A DNA stretch of 64,000 bases from Bacteroidota bacterium (GCA_041192805.1 JBEEMF010000057.1:4970-68969); one strand, 5' to 3'; shown: positions 19,753 through 32,540, counted from the stretch's first letter. Notes: a model not told the origin generated them from the sequence alone. Numbers and translations: made by a program.

Positions 19753-20304
19753 ATGACAACGGCAGAAGACAGACACAAGTGGTACGTGGTTCGTGCAATT
19801 ACCGGACAGGAAAAGAAGGTAAAGCACAGTATTACGGTCGAGCTCGAGCGCGATCGGAAGAGCGACTTTGTGCCTGAAATTCTGATCCCTACAGAGAAGG
19901 TTTATTTGATTAAGAACGGTAAAAAGGCAATTAAGGAGAGAAATGCATTCCCAGGATACATTTTAGTTCATGCCGATTTATCTGATCCAGAAATCATGCC
20001 TTTGATAAAGAGTGTTACGGGTGTCGTTGGGTTCTTAGGATCTAAAGACCAACCTGTTCCATTGCGTCCAAACGAATTAAGTCGTATTTTGGGTACCGCC
20101 GATAGCCTTAGCGATTCGGAAGCAATGGATGAAGAACACTTCCTAGTAGGCGAGTCGGTAAAAGTGGTAGATGGACCGTTCAATGATTTCGACGGTGTTA
20201 TCGAAGAAGTAAACGAAGAAAAGCGTAAGCTCAAGGTTATGGTGAAGATTTTCGGTCGCCGTACACCTCTTGAGTTAAATTATAACCAAATACAAAAATT
20301 GTAA
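19753..20304 (+). CDS. nusG: transcription termination/antitermination factor NusG
   Basis: 183 aa with an NGN domain ([14 protein letters not shown]) and a C-terminal KOW domain. Confidence 0.93.
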   Translation: MTTAEDRHKWYVVRAITGQEKKVKHSITVELERDRKSDFVPEILIPTEKVYLIKNGKKAIKERNAFPGYILVHADLSDPEIMPLIKSVTGVVGFLGSKDQPVPLRPNELSRILGTADSLSDSEAMDEEHFLVGESVKVVDGPFNDFDGVIEEVNEEKRKLKVMVKIFGRRTPLELNYNQIQKL

Positions 20305-20312
20305 CAGTAACA

Positions 20313-20753
20313 ATGGCAAAAGAAATAACAGGTTTCGTCAAGCTCCAGGTAAAAGGCGGTCAAGCAAACCCTTCGCCTCCAATCGGTCCGGCTTTGGGTT
20401 CAAAAGGTTTGAACATCATGGATTTTTGCAAACAATTTAATGCGCGCACGCAGGACAAGATGGGGAAGGTGTTGCCGGTCGTGATTTCCGTTTATTCGGA
20501 CAAATCATTTGACTTCGTAATCAAAACTCCCCCAGTGGCAATTCAATTGTTGGAAGCTACTAAGCTCCAAAAAGGCTCTACTGAACCCAACCGTAAGAAG
20601 GTAGGTTCTGTTTCATGGGAAGTGGTTCAAACCATCGCTCAGGATAAAATGCCAGATTTGAATTGCTTTACTGTAGAGTCTGCCATGAAATTGGTTGCAG
20701 GTACAGCCCGCAGTATGGGTATCACGGTAACAGGGGATGCCCCATTTAATTGA
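20313..20753 (+). CDS. rplK: 50S ribosomal protein L11
   Basis: 146 aa. The PPIGPALG motif is present, and both sequence and gene order are conserved. Confidence 0.96.
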   Translation: MAKEITGFVKLQVKGGQANPSPPIGPALGSKGLNIMDFCKQFNARTQDKMGKVLPVVISVYSDKSFDFVIKTPPVAIQLLEATKLQKGSTEPNRKKVGSVSWEVVQTIAQDKMPDLNCFTVESAMKLVAGTARSMGITVTGDAPFN

Positions 20754-20761
20754 TTTGAATT

Positions 20762-21457
20762 ATGAAAGTTGGTAAAAAAAGAAAAGAAGCGGAAGCTAAA
20801 TACGACAACACCAAGTCGTATACTTTGCTAGAGGCTAGTAACATCCTTAAGCAAATTTCATCCACCAAATTTGACGCATCGGTAGATATCGATGTTCGTT
20901 TGGGCGTAGATCCTCGTCAGGCCAATCAAATGGTACGTGGCGTTGCATCTTTGCCTCACGGTTTGGGCAAGGTGGTTCGTACGTTGGTACTTTGTACTTC
21001 TGATAAAGAACAGGAAGCGCGTGACGCAGGAGCGGATCACGTAGGTTTGGACGATTACATCGAGAAGATCGCTGGTGGTTGGACCGATATCGATATCATC
21101 ATTGCTGTACCTAGTGTAATGGCAAAGTTGGGTCGTTTAGGTAAAATCTTAGGTCCTCGTAACTTGATGCCAAATCCAAAGAGTGGTACAGTTACATTGG
21201 AAGTTGGAAAAGCGGTTGTTGAGGTTAAGGCGGGTAAAATCGACTTTAAGGTTGACAAAACTGGAATCATCCACACTTCAGTTGGAAAAGTATCTTTCGA
21301 ATCTGACAAATTGAGTGAAAATGCATTGGAATTAGTGCAGGTATTGCAACGATTGAAGCCAAGTGCTGCTAAGGGAACGTATTTCCGCAGTATTTACATG
21401 AGCAGTACTATGAGTCCCAGTGTGAGTATAGACATTAAATCAATCCCAGGATTATAA
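20762..21457 (+). CDS. rplA: 50S ribosomal protein L1
   Basis: 231 aa with typical L1 sequence and operon position. Confidence 0.96.
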   Translation: MKVGKKRKEAEAKYDNTKSYTLLEASNILKQISSTKFDASVDIDVRLGVDPRQANQMVRGVASLPHGLGKVVRTLVLCTSDKEQEARDAGADHVGLDDYIEKIAGGWTDIDIIIAVPSVMAKLGRLGKILGPRNLMPNPKSGTVTLEVGKAVVEVKAGKIDFKVDKTGIIHTSVGKVSFESDKLSENALELVQVLQRLKPSAAKGTYFRSIYMSSTMSPSVSIDIKSIPGL

Positions 21458-21461
21458 AGCG

Positions 21462-21983
21462 ATGAATAAGGCAGATAAATCAATAGTGGTTACCGAGTTA
21501 ACCGAAACCTTTAAGACAAACAGTTTTGTTTATCTTACAGATACTACCGGACTCACTGCAAACCAAACCAATAAATTGCGTCGCATGTTGTTTGAGCGTG
21601 GTGTAGAGATGCGCATGGTTAAAAACACTTTGTTGCGTATTGCAATGGAGGAAAGCGGAAAAGATTTTGGTGATTTGAAAGGCACGTTGAAAGGAACTAC
21701 TTGTGTAATGACATCGGAGTCTCAAAAGGCACCGGCTGAGTCGATCAAGGACTTCCGTGCAACTTCTCCAAATGTATTGTTGAAGGGTGCTTGGATTGAT
21801 AATTCAGTATTCATCGGCGACGATCAGTTGATGGCTTTGATCAAATTGAAGTCAAGAGAAGAATTGATCGGCGAAATCATCGGTTTGTTGCAGTCACCCA
21901 TCAAAAATGTTATTGGTGCATTGCAAGCCAACGGACCACAAAAAATTGGCGGCTTAATTAAGGCGCTTGAACAAAGAAACTAA
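21462..21983 (+). CDS. rplJ: 50S ribosomal protein L10
   Basis: 173 aa with conserved operon position and L10-like sequence. Confidence 0.93.
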   Translation: MNKADKSIVVTELTETFKTNSFVYLTDTTGLTANQTNKLRRMLFERGVEMRMVKNTLLRIAMEESGKDFGDLKGTLKGTTCVMTSESQKAPAESIKDFRATSPNVLLKGAWIDNSVFIGDDQLMALIKLKSREELIGEIIGLLQSPIKNVIGALQANGPQKIGGLIKALEQRN

Positions 21984-22011
21984 ACAAAAAAAACACTTAA
22001 ATTAAATAACA

Positions 22012-22389
22012 ATGGTAGATTTAAAAGAATTCGCGAACCAGTTGGTAAACCTTACTGTAAAAGAGGTTAACGAGCTTGCTCAAATTTTGAAAGATGAGCA
22101 TGGTATTGAGCCTGCAGCTGCTGCTGTGGCTGTTGCTGCGCCTGCTGCAGGTGGTGGCGAAGCCGCTGCTGCTGAGCAAACAGAATTTGATGTAGTCTTG
22201 GTTAGCGCAGGCGACGCCAAATTACAGATCGTAAAGATCGTTAAAGACTTAACAGGCTTGGGCTTGAAAGAAGCAAAAGACTTAGTAGACGGTGCTCCTA
22301 AGGCAGTAAAAGAGAAAGTTTCTAAAGCAGAAGCCGAAGATTTTGCAGCTAAATTGAAAGATGCCGGAGCTACAGTTGAAATTAAGTAA
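22012..22389 (+). CDS. rplL: 50S ribosomal protein L7/L12
   Basis: 125 aa with an Ala-rich hinge and the C-terminal domain motif [13 protein letters not shown]. Confidence 0.96.
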   Translation: MVDLKEFANQLVNLTVKEVNELAQILKDEHGIEPAAAAVAVAAPAAGGGEAAAAEQTEFDVVLVSAGDAKLQIVKIVKDLTGLGLKEAKDLVDGAPKAVKEKVSKAEAEDFAAKLKDAGATVEIK

Positions 22390-22411
22390 ACACTCCCCCG
22401 TTTAACCCTAA

Positions 22412-22437
22412 GGCCCCGGATATTCCGCGGGCCTTTT
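22412..22437 (+). terminator. rplL-rpoB intergenic attenuator/terminator hairpin
   Basis: ggccccgg-atatt-ccgcgggcc forms 8 bp with one bulged C, followed by TTTT. Confidence 0.6.
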
Positions 22438-22486
22438 GGGCGTTTTTAGTACCAACACCACTGTCAAACCATTAAAAACAAAAAAA

Positions 22487-25400
22487 TTGAGCACCACACA
22501 CAACAAAAGGATCTCATTTGGTAAGGTAAAACACGCCATTGAGTACCCTGATTTTCTGGACGTACAACTCCAATCTTTTCAAGAGTTTTTCCAGTTAGAT
22601 ACACCCGCTGACAAGCGCGAAGGAGAGGGATTGTTTGAAGTTTTCCGTGAGAACTTTCCTATCACCGATACCCGCAACATCTTTGTGTTGGAATTCCTTG
22701 ATTATTTCGTGGATCCCCCAAGATATGTCATCAATGAGTGTATCGAACGCGGCCTAACTTATGCTGTGCCTTTGAAGGCGAAGTTGAAGTTGAGTTGTAA
22801 CGACCCAGAACATGAAGACTTTCAAACCATTGTTCAAGACGTTTATTTGGGAACTATCCCTTACATGTCGCCCAATGGTACTTTTATCATCAATGGTGCT
22901 GAACGCGTAATCGTAAGTCAGTTGCACCGTTCACCTGGCGTATTCTTTGGCCAAAGTGTTCACAGCAACGGAACAAAATTATATTCAGCTCGTGTAATTC
23001 CTTTCAAGGGGTCTTGGATTGAATTTGCAACGGATGTGAATGCGGTAATGTACGCATACATCGACCGTAAGAAGAAATTCCCGGTAACAACGTTGTTGCG
23101 TGCCATCGGTTTTGAGAGTGATAAGGATATTCTTGACATCTTCGGATTGAGCGAAGAGGTGAAAGTATCTAAAGCTGGCTTGAAGCGTGTGATTGGTAGG
23201 AAATTGGCAGCTAGGGTTTTGCGTACTTGGATTGAGGATTTTGTGGATGAAGATACAGGTGAAGTAGTAAGTATCGAGCGTAACGAGGTAATCTTGGAAC
23301 GTGACACTTTGTTGGTTGAAGATCACATCGATTTGATTGTTGAGGCAGGCGTTAAGTCAATTATTTTGAATGCTGAGTCTGAAAACGGAATCAGCTATGA
23401 TGTAATTTATAACACCTTGCAAAAAGATACTTCTAACAACGGAAAAGAAGCGTTGGAAGTAATCTATCGTCAGTTGCGGAATGCAGATCCACCGGATGAG
23501 GAAACCGCCCGTGGTATCATTGAGCGTTTGTTCTTCTCGGATAAGCGTTATGACTTGGGTGAAGTAGGTCGTTACCGTATCAACAAGAAGTTGGAGATTA
23601 ACACTCCAATGGAAGTACGTGTATTGACAAAAGACGATATTATAAGCATCATCAAGTATTTGATTGAATTGTATAACGGTTCAGAAATATTGGATGATAT
23701 TGACCACTTGAGTAACCGTCGTGTCCGCACCGTGGGTGAGCAATTGTATGCTCAGTTTGGTGTTGGTTTGGCGCGTATGGCAAGAACCATTCGTGAGAAA
23801 ATGAATATTCGTGACAACGAAGTATTCACGCCTCAGGATTTGGTGAATGCTCGTACATTATCGAGTGTAATTAACTCATTCTTCGGTACCAACCAGCTGA
23901 GTCAGTTCTTAGATCAAATCAATCCATTGGCAGAAATTACGCACAAACGTCGTTTGAGCGCACTTGGTCCGGGTGGTTTGAGTCGTGAACGTGCCGGTTT
24001 TGAGGTTCGTGACGTACACTATACGCACTACGGTCGTTTATGTACGATTGAAACGCCTGAAGGGCCAAACATCGGTTTGATTTCTTCTTTGTGTGTACAC
24101 GCAAAGATTAATGGAATGGGCTTCTTGGAAACTCCTTATCGTAAGGTAGTTAACGGAAAAGTTGAAAGTGGCATCGTTTATCTTTCTGCAGAGGAAGAGG
24201 ATGGTAAAACGATCGCTCAGGCCAATGCCGAGTTGGACGAAAAAGGAAACTTTATGACAACGTTGGTGAAGAGCCGTAAGGAAGGGGACTTCCCATTGGT
24301 GAACCCAGCGCAGTTGGAATATATGGACGTAGCTCCTAACCAAATCGTATCGATTGCAGCTTCATTGATTCCTTTCTTGGAGCATGATGATGCAAACCGT
24401 GCGTTGATGGGGTCTAACATGCAACGTCAGGCCGTACCATTGTTGCGTCCTGAAGCACCGATTGTTGGAACTGGTTTGGAAGAAAAAGTGGCTCGCGACA
24501 GTCGCTCCTTGATCAATGCCGAAGGCAATGGTGAAGTGGTGTATGTTGATTCTCGTGAGATTCGCATTCGCTACGACCACAATGATTTTGATGATTTGGT
24601 GAGCTTCACTGGAGATACCAAAACTTATCATTTGATCAAATTCCGCAGAACCAACCAAAACTCTTGTATCAACTTGCGTCCGATTGTTAAGAAAGGCGAC
24701 AGAGTGAGCAAGGGTGAAGTTCTTTGTGAAGGTTATGCAACCCAAGGCGGAGAATTGGCATTGGGTAGAAACTTGCGTGTGGCTTACATGCCATGGCAGG
24801 GTTATAACTTCGAGGATGCGATTGTAATTTCTGAAAAAGTAGTAAAAGACGATTGGTATACAACTGTTTATATCACTGAATACGAATTGGAAGTGCGCGA
24901 TACAAAGCGTGGTGAAGAAGAGTTAACGAATGACATTCCGAACGTGAGTGAGGAAATGACTCGTAACTTGGACGACAACGGTTTGATTCGTGTTGGAGCT
25001 GAAGTAAAAGAAGGCGACATTCTGATTGGTAAAATCACACCAAAAGGTGAGACTGAACCATCTCCAGAAGAAAAGTTGTTGCGTGCCATCTTTGGTGACA
25101 AAGCGGGTGATGTGAAAGACGCTTCTTTGAAAGCTTCTCCTGGTGCTCAAGGTGTTGTGATTGATAAGAAATTGTTCTCTAAGAGCAAAAAAGATAAGTC
25201 GACCCGTACAGGTGACAAATCTCGTTTGTCTAAGATGGATGATGATCATCGCAAGGAATTGGGCATGTTGAAAGACGAATTGGTTAAGAAATTGTTCCAA
25301 TTGGTGGGCGGAAAAACTTCTCAAGGTGTATATAACATGTACAGCGAAGAGTTGATTCCAAAGGGAACCAAGTTCACTCAAAAGAACTTGATGAGCATTG

Positions 25401-26290
25401 ATTACAGCAATGTGAACTACCACAATTGGACGAGCGATGCGGACAAGAATAGTTTTGTTGTTCGTTGTTTAACCAACTTCATCAATGTAAATAACGAAAA
25501 GGTTACCAATTACAAGCGCGAGCATTACTCTATCAGTGTGGGTGATGAATTGCCAACCGGTATCCTTCAGTTGGCGAAAGTTTATGTAGCCAATAAGCGT
25601 AAATTGAAAGTGGGAGATAAGATGGCAGGTCGTCACGGAAACAAGGGTATTGTTGCTCGTATTGTTCGTGAGGAAGATATGCCATTCTTGAATGATGGAA
25701 CTCCAATGGACATCGTGTTGAACCCATTGGGTGTACCTTCACGTATGAACTTGGGTCAGATTTATGAAACCGTATTGGCTTGGGCTGGAAAAGAAATGGG
25801 TGTGCGTTTTGCAACTCCAATCTTTGATGGTGCTACCATGGCTGAGATCGATGAGGTAACTGAAAGAGCAGGTATCCCTAAGAACGGTTTGGTGTATTTG
25901 AACGACGGTTTGAGTGGTGACAGATTTGATCAACCAACCACAGTAGGTATCAGCTATATGTTGAAACTGGGTCACATGGTGGATGATAAGATGCACGCTC
26001 GTTCAATCGGTCCATATTCATTGATTACGCAACAGCCATTGGGTGGTAAAGCTCAGTTTGGTGGTCAGCGTTTTGGTGAGATGGAAGTTTGGGCGTTGGA
26101 AGCATTTGGTGCTGCCAATATCTTGCGTGAAATCTTAACTGTGAAGTCGGATGACATTACAGGTAGGGCGAAAGCGTACGAAGCCATCGTAAAAGGTGAT
26201 AACATCACCAACATCGGAACCCCAGAGTCATTTAACGTATTGCTGCACGAGCTCCGCGGTTTGGGCTTGGAAGTAACATTTATGGATTAA
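22487..26290 (+). CDS. rpoB: DNA-directed RNA polymerase subunit beta
   Basis: Unmistakable beta-subunit sequence. There is no in-frame ATG before codon 144 of the ORF. Start proposed at TTG 22487, which follows an A7 run. The ORF-track start, TTG 22436, lies within the U-tract of the rplL-rpoB hairpin. Confidence 0.9.
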   Translation: MSTTHNKRISFGKVKHAIEYPDFLDVQLQSFQEFFQLDTPADKREGEGLFEVFRENFPITDTRNIFVLEFLDYFVDPPRYVINECIERGLTYAVPLKAKLKLSCNDPEHEDFQTIVQDVYLGTIPYMSPNGTFIINGAERVIVSQLHRSPGVFFGQSVHSNGTKLYSARVIPFKGSWIEFATDVNAVMYAYIDRKKKFPVTTLLRAIGFESDKDILDIFGLSEEVKVSKAGLKRVIGRKLAARVLRTWIEDFVDEDTGEVVSIERNEVILERDTLLVEDHIDLIVEAGVKSIILNAESENGISYDVIYNTLQKDTSNNGKEALEVIYRQLRNADPPDEETARGIIERLFFSDKRYDLGEVGRYRINKKLEINTPMEVRVLTKDDIISIIKYLIELYNGSEILDDIDHLSNRRVRTVGEQLYAQFGVGLARMARTIREKMNIRDNEVFTPQDLVNARTLSSVINSFFGTNQLSQFLDQINPLAEITHKRRLSALGPGGLSRERAGFEVRDVHYTHYGRLCTIETPEGPNIGLISSLCVHAKINGMGFLETPYRKVVNGKVESGIVYLSAEEEDGKTIAQANAELDEKGNFMTTLVKSRKEGDFPLVNPAQLEYMDVAPNQIVSIAASLIPFLEHDDANRALMGSNMQRQAVPLLRPEAPIVGTGLEEKVARDSRSLINAEGNGEVVYVDSREIRIRYDHNDFDDLVSFTGDTKTYHLIKFRRTNQNSCINLRPIVKKGDRVSKGEVLCEGYATQGGELALGRNLRVAYMPWQGYNFEDAIVISEKVVKDDWYTTVYITEYELEVRDTKRGEEELTNDIPNVSEEMTRNLDDNGLIRVGAEVKEGDILIGKITPKGETEPSPEEKLLRAIFGDKAGDVKDASLKASPGAQGVVIDKKLFSKSKKDKSTRTGDKSRLSKMDDDHRKELGMLKDELVKKLFQLVGGKTSQGVYNMYSEELIPKGTKFTQKNLMSIDYSNVNYHNWTSDADKNSFVVRCLTNFINVNNEKVTNYKREHYSISVGDELPTGILQLAKVYVANKRKLKVGDKMAGRHGNKGIVARIVREEDMPFLNDGTPMDIVLNPLGVPSRMNLGQIYETVLAWAGKEMGVRFATPIFDGATMAEIDEVTERAGIPKNGLVYLNDGLSGDRFDQPTTVGISYMLKLGHMVDDKMHARSIGPYSLITQQPLGGKAQFGGQRFGEMEVWALEAFGAANILREILTVKSDDITGRAKAYEAIVKGDNITNIGTPESFNVLLHELRGLGLEVTFMD

Positions 26291-26306
26291 TCTCTAGAAA
26301 CCAATC

Positions 26307-29300
26307 ATGCAACTTCAAAAGAAAACACAAAAACAAGGGAACAACTTTAGCAAGATCCGTATCTCGCTTGCTTCTCCTGAAAACATATTACGTCGCAGTT
26401 TCGGTGAGGTAGTTAAACCCGAAACCATCAACTATCGCAGTTACAAGCCCGAAATGGGAGGTTTGTTCTGTGAACGCATATTTGGTCCTATCAAGGATTA
26501 CGAATGTCATTGCGGAAAATACAAGCGTATCCGTTACAAGGGTATCGTTTGTGACCGTTGTGGTGTTGAGGTAACTGAAAAGAAAGTACGTAGAGAGCGT
26601 ATGGGTCACATCAACTTGGTGGTACCTGTTGCGCACATTTGGTACTTCCGTTCATTGCCAAATAAAATTGGTTATTTGTTAGGTATCCCTACTAAGAAAT
26701 TGGACATGGTGATTTACTATGAGCGCTACGTGGTTATTCAAACCGGTGCAGCGAGCAACGTAAATTATTTGGATTTGTTAACAGAGGAAGAATATTTGGA
26801 CATCGTTGATTCTTTGCCAAAAGAAAATCAGATGTTGGAGAATTCTGATCCTAACAAATTTGTAGCCATGATGGGTGCTGAAGCGTTGGAAGAATTGTTG
26901 AAGCGTGTAAACTTGGATACGTTGAGCTACGACTTGCGTAACCAGGCTGCTACTGAGACTTCACAACAACGTAAGCAAGAGGCGTTGAAGCGTTTGAAAG
27001 TAATCGAAAGCTTCCGCGGTGCTCAGTTAACCGGAGAAAATCGTCCTGAGTGGATGATTATGAAGATGTTGCCAGTTATTCCACCAGAATTGCGCCCATT
27101 GGTGCCATTGGAAGGCGGAAGATTTGCGACTTCAGATTTGAATGATTTGTATCGCCGTGTAATTATCCGTAACAACCGTTTGAAGCGTTTGGTTGAGATC
27201 AAAGCCCCTGAGGTGATCTTGCGTAACGAGAAGCGTATGTTGCAGGAAGCGGTTGATTCATTGTTGGATAATACCCGTCGTGCTAGCGCTGTTAAGAGCG
27301 AAGGCAATCGTCCTTTGAAATCTTTGAGCGATATGCTGAAAGGTAAGCAAGGTCGTTTCCGTCAGAACTTGTTGGGTAAGCGTGTTGACTATTCTGGTCG
27401 TTCTGTAATCGTGGTAGGTCCTACACTTAAATTGAATGAGTGTGGATTGCCAAAGAATATGGCTGCGGAATTGTTTAAGCCGTTTATCATTCGCAAATTG
27501 ATTGAAAGGGGGATAGTAAAAACCGTAAAAACTGCGAAGAAAATCGTAGAGAAAAAAGATCCGGTGATTTGGGATATCTTGGAAAACATATTGAAAGGTC
27601 ATCCAGTGTTGCTGAACCGTGCTCCTACGCTTCACAGATTGGGTATCCAAGCTTTCCAGCCTAAGTTGATTGAAGGTAAGGCTATTCAGTTGCACCCATT
27701 GGTTTGTTCTGGCTTTAACGCGGATTTTGATGGTGACCAGATGGCGGTTCACGTGCCTTTGGGCAATGCAGCTGTAGCAGAAGCTCAGTTGTTGATGTTG
27801 GCATCGCACAACATTTTGAACCCTGCAAATGGTGCACCTATTACCGTTCCTTCTCAGGATATGATCTTGGGATTGTACTACATCACCAAAGAGCGTAAGG
27901 CAACCGCTGAACACCCAGTAAAAGGTGAAGGTTTGTCGTTCTACGGTGCTGAAGAAGCCATCATCGCTTACAATGAAGGTCGTGCCGAATTGCATTCAAA
28001 AGTGAAATGTAAGGCTACGGTATTGGAGAATGGTGAGTTGGTTGAAAAAATCATCGACACAACCATTGGTCGTATCCTATTTAACCAAGTGGTTCCTAGC
28101 GAGGTTGGATACATCAACGAATTGTTGAAGAAGAAGAATTTGCGTGATATCATTACCAACATCATTCGTTTGAGCGGTGTTGCTAAGGCTGCAGATTTCT
28201 TGGATAATATCAAGAATTTAGGATTCCACTACGCATTTAAAGGCGGATTAAGCTTTAACTTGAGCTATGTAAAAATCCCTGTTGAGAAAGAACAGTTGGT
28301 TAGCAAAGCGATGGAAGAAGTGTTGGAGATCCAAGCGAATGCCGATATGGGATTCATTACAAACAATGAGCGTTACAACCAGGTAATTGATTTATGGACA
28401 CGTGTAAACAACCAGTTGGCTCGTGTATTGATCAATGATTTGCAGAACGAAGACCAAGGTTTCAACCCAATTTATATGATGTTGGATTCTGGAGCCCGTG
28501 GTTCTAAGGAGCAAATTCGTCAGTTGGGTGGTATGCGTGGTTTGATGGCTAAGCCTCAAAAGAACACAGGTGGTTCTGGTGGTGATACCATTGAAAACCC
28601 AATTATTTCGAACTTCAAAGAAGGTTTGAACGTATTGGAATACTTCGTATCTACACACGGTGCTCGTAAAGGTTTGGCTGATACGGCGTTGAAAACTGCG
28701 GATGCGGGTTACTTGACTCGTCGTTTGCACGACGTTGCGCAGGATGTAGTAATTACTGAGCCTGATTGTGGTACTCTACGAGGTATTGCGATGAGTGCAT
28801 TGATGAATAACGATGAAATCGCGGAGCCTTTGTACGAACGTATCTTGGGTAGAACTGCGTTGGATCGAGTTTATCATCCAAAAACGGGTGAGTTGATTGT
28901 TTCTGGAGGTCAGGAATTGACAGAAGAAATCTCTCATGCCATTGAGGATGCAGGAATCGAAGAATTGGAAATCCGTTCGGTATTGACTTGCGAAACGTTG
29001 ACAGGTGTATGTGCTGCTTGTTATGGTCGTAACTTGTCTACTGGAAGAATGGTTCAAGCGGGTGAAGCTGTGGGTGTAATTGCTGCACAGTCAATTGGAG
29101 AACCAGGAACACAGTTGACATTGCGTACTTTCCACACGGGTGGTGCGGCGTTGAACATTGCTTCGGAAAACACATTGACAACCAAATACGAAGGTGTGAT
29201 TAGCTTCGACGGGATGCGTACTGTGACCAAATTTGATACTGATGAAAATGGCGAAGCCAAGAATTCGGAAATCGTATTGGGTCGTTCTGGTGAAGTTAGA

Positions 29301-30620
29301 GTTTTGGAACCTAAGACCAAGACTGTGATCACAACTTACAATATTCCTTACGGTGCCGTTTTGATGGTAAAAGAAGGACAAAAAGCGAAAAAAGGCGATG
29401 TGATGTGCACATGGGATCCTTTTAACACGTTGATCATTTCAGACATTGATGGTAAGGTGACTTACGAAAACATCATTGAAGGTGTGAACATGCGTGAAGA
29501 AGGTGATGAGCAAACAGGATTGTCTGAATTGGTGATTGTAGAAAGTCGCGATAAGACGAAGGTGCCTCAGTTCCGTGTAGAAGGTGACGATGAAGTAACC
29601 AAAATATTCAACATGCCTATGGGTGCTATCTTGGTTGCCAAGAAGGGTTCTACCGTTAAGGGTGGTGATGTATTGGCGAAAATTCCTCGTTCAGCTACTA
29701 GAACCCGTGATATCACGGGTGGTCTTCCTCGTGTAACAGAATTGTTTGAAGCACGTAACCCTTCTAACCCAGCAGTTGTTGCTGAGATCGATGGTGTTGT
29801 AACTTACGGTTTGTCGAAGCGTGGTAACCAGGAAATTATCATTACGTCTAAGGACGATGAAGTTAAACATTACCAAGTTCCGTTGTCTAAGCACATTTTG
29901 GTTCACGATGGCGACTATGTGAGAGCCGGTCAACCTTTGAGCGACGGTGCAATTACACCTCAAGATATTCTTCGTATTGAAGGACCAGCATCAGTACAGC
30001 GTTATGTATTGAATGGTATTCAGGAAGTATATCGTTTGCAGGGTGTAACTATCAACGACAAGCACATTGAAGTAATTGTTCGTCAGATGATGCAGAAGAT
30101 GGAAATCGTTGATCCAGGCGATACTCGTTTCTTGGAAGGTGAAATCGCCGACCGTTGGACGTTGCGTTTGGAGAATGATAACATTTGGGATAAGAAGTTT
30201 GTAACGGATCCAGGTGATAGCACAAATATGCATGCCGGACAAATTGTGAGTTTGAAAGATTTACGTCAGGAAAACAGCACATTGCGTCGTCAGGATATGA
30301 AGTTGGTACAATATCGCGATGCGGTATCGGCTACGGCTACTCCGGTGTTACAAGGTATCACAAGGGCGTCATTGGGAACTCAGAGTTTCATGAGTGCTGC
30401 ATCGTTCCAGGAAACCACTAAAGTATTGAATGAAGCTGCAATTTCGGGTAAGATCGACGAACTGAGAGGTTTGAAAGAGAACGTAATTGTGGGTCATTTG
30501 ATTCCTGCAGGTACTGGCTTACGCAGATTCCAGGAAGTAATTACTGGTTCTAAGGAAGAGTACGAGCGCATGATGGCTGCCAAATATGATGAACCTGAAG
30601 AGGCTTCTGTAGAGGCTTAA
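26307..30620 (+). CDS. rpoC: DNA-directed RNA polymerase subunit beta'
   Basis: 1437 aa with the zinc-finger [20 protein letters not shown] and the catalytic NADFDGDQM motif. Confidence 0.98.
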   Translation: MQLQKKTQKQGNNFSKIRISLASPENILRRSFGEVVKPETINYRSYKPEMGGLFCERIFGPIKDYECHCGKYKRIRYKGIVCDRCGVEVTEKKVRRERMGHINLVVPVAHIWYFRSLPNKIGYLLGIPTKKLDMVIYYERYVVIQTGAASNVNYLDLLTEEEYLDIVDSLPKENQMLENSDPNKFVAMMGAEALEELLKRVNLDTLSYDLRNQAATETSQQRKQEALKRLKVIESFRGAQLTGENRPEWMIMKMLPVIPPELRPLVPLEGGRFATSDLNDLYRRVIIRNNRLKRLVEIKAPEVILRNEKRMLQEAVDSLLDNTRRASAVKSEGNRPLKSLSDMLKGKQGRFRQNLLGKRVDYSGRSVIVVGPTLKLNECGLPKNMAAELFKPFIIRKLIERGIVKTVKTAKKIVEKKDPVIWDILENILKGHPVLLNRAPTLHRLGIQAFQPKLIEGKAIQLHPLVCSGFNADFDGDQMAVHVPLGNAAVAEAQLLMLASHNILNPANGAPITVPSQDMILGLYYITKERKATAEHPVKGEGLSFYGAEEAIIAYNEGRAELHSKVKCKATVLENGELVEKIIDTTIGRILFNQVVPSEVGYINELLKKKNLRDIITNIIRLSGVAKAADFLDNIKNLGFHYAFKGGLSFNLSYVKIPVEKEQLVSKAMEEVLEIQANADMGFITNNERYNQVIDLWTRVNNQLARVLINDLQNEDQGFNPIYMMLDSGARGSKEQIRQLGGMRGLMAKPQKNTGGSGGDTIENPIISNFKEGLNVLEYFVSTHGARKGLADTALKTADAGYLTRRLHDVAQDVVITEPDCGTLRGIAMSALMNNDEIAEPLYERILGRTALDRVYHPKTGELIVSGGQELTEEISHAIEDAGIEELEIRSVLTCETLTGVCAACYGRNLSTGRMVQAGEAVGVIAAQSIGEPGTQLTLRTFHTGGAALNIASENTLTTKYEGVISFDGMRTVTKFDTDENGEAKNSEIVLGRSGEVRVLEPKTKTVITTYNIPYGAVLMVKEGQKAKKGDVMCTWDPFNTLIISDIDGKVTYENIIEGVNMREEGDEQTGLSELVIVESRDKTKVPQFRVEGDDEVTKIFNMPMGAILVAKKGSTVKGGDVLAKIPRSATRTRDITGGLPRVTELFEARNPSNPAVVAEIDGVVTYGLSKRGNQEIIITSKDDEVKHYQVPLSKHILVHDGDYVRAGQPLSDGAITPQDILRIEGPASVQRYVLNGIQEVYRLQGVTINDKHIEVIVRQMMQKMEIVDPGDTRFLEGEIADRWTLRLENDNIWDKKFVTDPGDSTNMHAGQIVSLKDLRQENSTLRRQDMKLVQYRDAVSATATPVLQGITRASLGTQSFMSAASFQETTKVLNEAAISGKIDELRGLKENVIVGHLIPAGTGLRRFQEVITGSKEEYERMMAAKYDEPEEASVEA

Positions 30621-30648
30621 TCTTCAATTGTTTAGAAATATGTATTAA

Positions 30649-30685
30649 CAGAGAGGGCGGCCAATGGCCGCCCTCTCTGTTTTAT
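30649..30685. terminator. strong terminator after rpoC (14-bp stem), shared with the convergent ABC exporter
   Basis: cagagagggcggcc-aat-ggccgccctctctg, followed by ttttatt. Confidence 0.9.
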
Positions 30686-30767
30686 TGGTAATTTGAATGA
30701 GATGATTTGGCTGATGGAAATGCATCGATCAGTGCCTCTGCATGAATAAAATTAGCGAATCGAGGAT

Positions 30768-32522
30768 TTACTCGGAGATTTGTGTTTCGTACAAGTGCGC
30801 ATAATGTCCGCCAGCTGCCATCAATGAGGCGTGGTTGCCGCGCTCTTTGACTTCACCTTTCTCGAGCACTAGAATTTCATCGGCTTTGGCAATGGTGCTC
30901 AAGCGGTGTGCAATTACAATGGCTGTGCGATTCTCTAACAAGCGGTCGATGGCTTTTTGAATCAGCTGCTCCGTTTCCGTATCAATAGAGCTGGTGGCCT
31001 CATCCAATAAGATGATTCTTGGGTCAAAGGCTAGGGCACGTATGAAACTCACAAGCTGGCGTTGTCCCAAGGAAAGGGTCATTCCACGCTCCATCACATT
31101 GTAATCAAATCCCCCTGGAAGTTTTTCGATAAACTCGTAAGCGCCAATCGAGCGGGCCGCATTAATCATTTTCTCAATATCGATATCGTCGTTGTGCAAT
31201 CGAATATTATCTTTTACACTGCCGCTAAATAGGAATACATCCTGAAGAACCAATGCAATTTGCTGGCGGACAGATGTAATGTTCAACGATTGAATATTGA
31301 TATCATCGAGTAAAATATCGCCCTTTTGTTGTTGGTACAATTGGTTTACGAGGCTGGCAATAGTGGTTTTACCTGAACCGGTTGCGCCCACGATGGCCAT
31401 GGTTTTTCCTTGCGGAAGATGAAAGCTGACATCGCGCAGGACCCATTCTTCATTTTGATAGGCAAACCAAACGTGATCAAATTTCACGTCGCCGCTAAAT
31501 TTTGGCGCAGCTACTTCGGTGGTTTGTTCGATATTTTCGACATCATCGATGAGTTTAAAAATACGATCTGCCGCTACGATGCCCATTTGAATGTTGTTAA
31601 ATCGGTCTGCAATGGCGCGTATCGGTCTAAAAAACAAGTTGATGAACATGATAAAGGCGGTTAGTTCACCAAATTCGATGCTTCCGCGAACGAGAGAACC
31701 GTTACCATACCAAACGATTAGCGCAAAGCTTACGGCAACTAGGACTTCAACGATTGGGAAGAAGATGGAATAGTAATATACGCTGCGAATATTGGCATCG
31801 CGGTGGGCTTGGTTGATTTGGTCGAACCGACGTTTTTCTTCCTTTTCGCGGTTAAACAGCTGCACAATTTGCATCCCTGTGATTCGTTCTTGGAGGAAGG
31901 CATTTAGCTTGGCGACCTGATTTCTGACGTCTTGAAAGGTATCGCGGATACCTTTGCGGAATCGGTTAGCGGCAAATAGCAATACTGGAACCACGGTAAG
32001 GGTGATGAGCGTGAGTTTTACGTCCATATAGAACATGCAACTCATGATTACGATGATTTGAATGAGGTCGCCGGCAATGGTGATTACGCCAGATGAGAAC
32101 AAATCGGTGATGGTTTGTACATCGCTAATGGATCTGGTAACAGCTGTTCCTACTGGGGTTTTGTCGTAAAATGACAGTTTTAACCGGGTAAGGTGGTCGT
32201 ATATATACTGTCGTAATTTGAGTATCACAGATTGGGCGATGGATTCAGAAAGGTAGGAGTTTGCGAATCCCAGCAGGGCTTGAACGATGAGCCAAATGAG
32301 TAAAATTAGGGCCCATTTTTCCAGCAGTTGGAACTGTTTTGGGATGATAACTTCGTCGATGACAGTTTTGTAGAGGTAGGGTTGAAATGCGGTGATAACG
32401 CTCTGAATGATGGTCAAAATAACCGCGATGATCATCCAATGTCGTTGAAATTTGGCCAGCGCCAATATTCTTTTAAACAGTACCCATTGTGAGGCGGTGG
32501 CCTCGGTTTTTTTGCTTGGCAT
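30768..32522 (-). CDS. ABC transporter ATP-binding protein/permease (MsbA-like exporter)
   Basis: 584 aa. N-terminal 6-TM domain, Walker A GATGSGKTT, signature LSLGQRQ, Walker B ILLDEATS. Confidence 0.9.
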   Translation of the reverse strand: MPSKKTEATASQWVLFKRILALAKFQRHWMIIAVILTIIQSVITAFQPYLYKTVIDEVIIPKQFQLLEKWALILLIWLIVQALLGFANSYLSESIAQSVILKLRQYIYDHLTRLKLSFYDKTPVGTAVTRSISDVQTITDLFSSGVITIAGDLIQIIVIMSCMFYMDVKLTLITLTVVPVLLFAANRFRKGIRDTFQDVRNQVAKLNAFLQERITGMQIVQLFNREKEEKRRFDQINQAHRDANIRSVYYYSIFFPIVEVLVAVSFALIVWYGNGSLVRGSIEFGELTAFIMFINLFFRPIRAIADRFNNIQMGIVAADRIFKLIDDVENIEQTTEVAAPKFSGDVKFDHVWFAYQNEEWVLRDVSFHLPQGKTMAIVGATGSGKTTIASLVNQLYQQQKGDILLDDINIQSLNITSVRQQIALVLQDVFLFSGSVKDNIRLHNDDIDIEKMINAARSIGAYEFIEKLPGGFDYNVMERGMTLSLGQRQLVSFIRALAFDPRIILLDEATSSIDTETEQLIQKAIDRLLENRTAIVIAHRLSTIAKADEILVLEKGEVKERGNHASLMAAGGHYAHLYETQISE

Positions 32523-32532
32523 GAATTATCTG

Positions 32533-32540
32533 CAAAATTA
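32533..32540 (-). promoter_or_regulatory. -7 box TAATTTTG, 10 nt before ABC exporter ATG 32522
   Basis: The plus strand reads caaaatta. Confidence 0.45.

Noticed and set aside
22436-22486. The ORF track extends the 5' end of rpoB to TTG 22436.
   Set aside because: That codon lies in the T-tract of the rplL-rpoB hairpin, and the extra 17 residues ([16 protein letters not shown]) do not resemble RpoB N-termini. TTG 22487 is preferred, though unproven.
27258-27995. Long antisense ORFs lie inside rpoC and rpoB. Examples are 27258-27995 (245 aa), 24923-25423, 24362-24745, 28392-28730 and 22960-23326.
   Set aside because: They lie entirely within unmistakable RNA polymerase coding sequence on the opposite strand. 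Their translations are low-complexity and rich in Arg, His, Gln and Thr, with no start context. This is the typical shadow-ORF artefact of a strongly coding frame.
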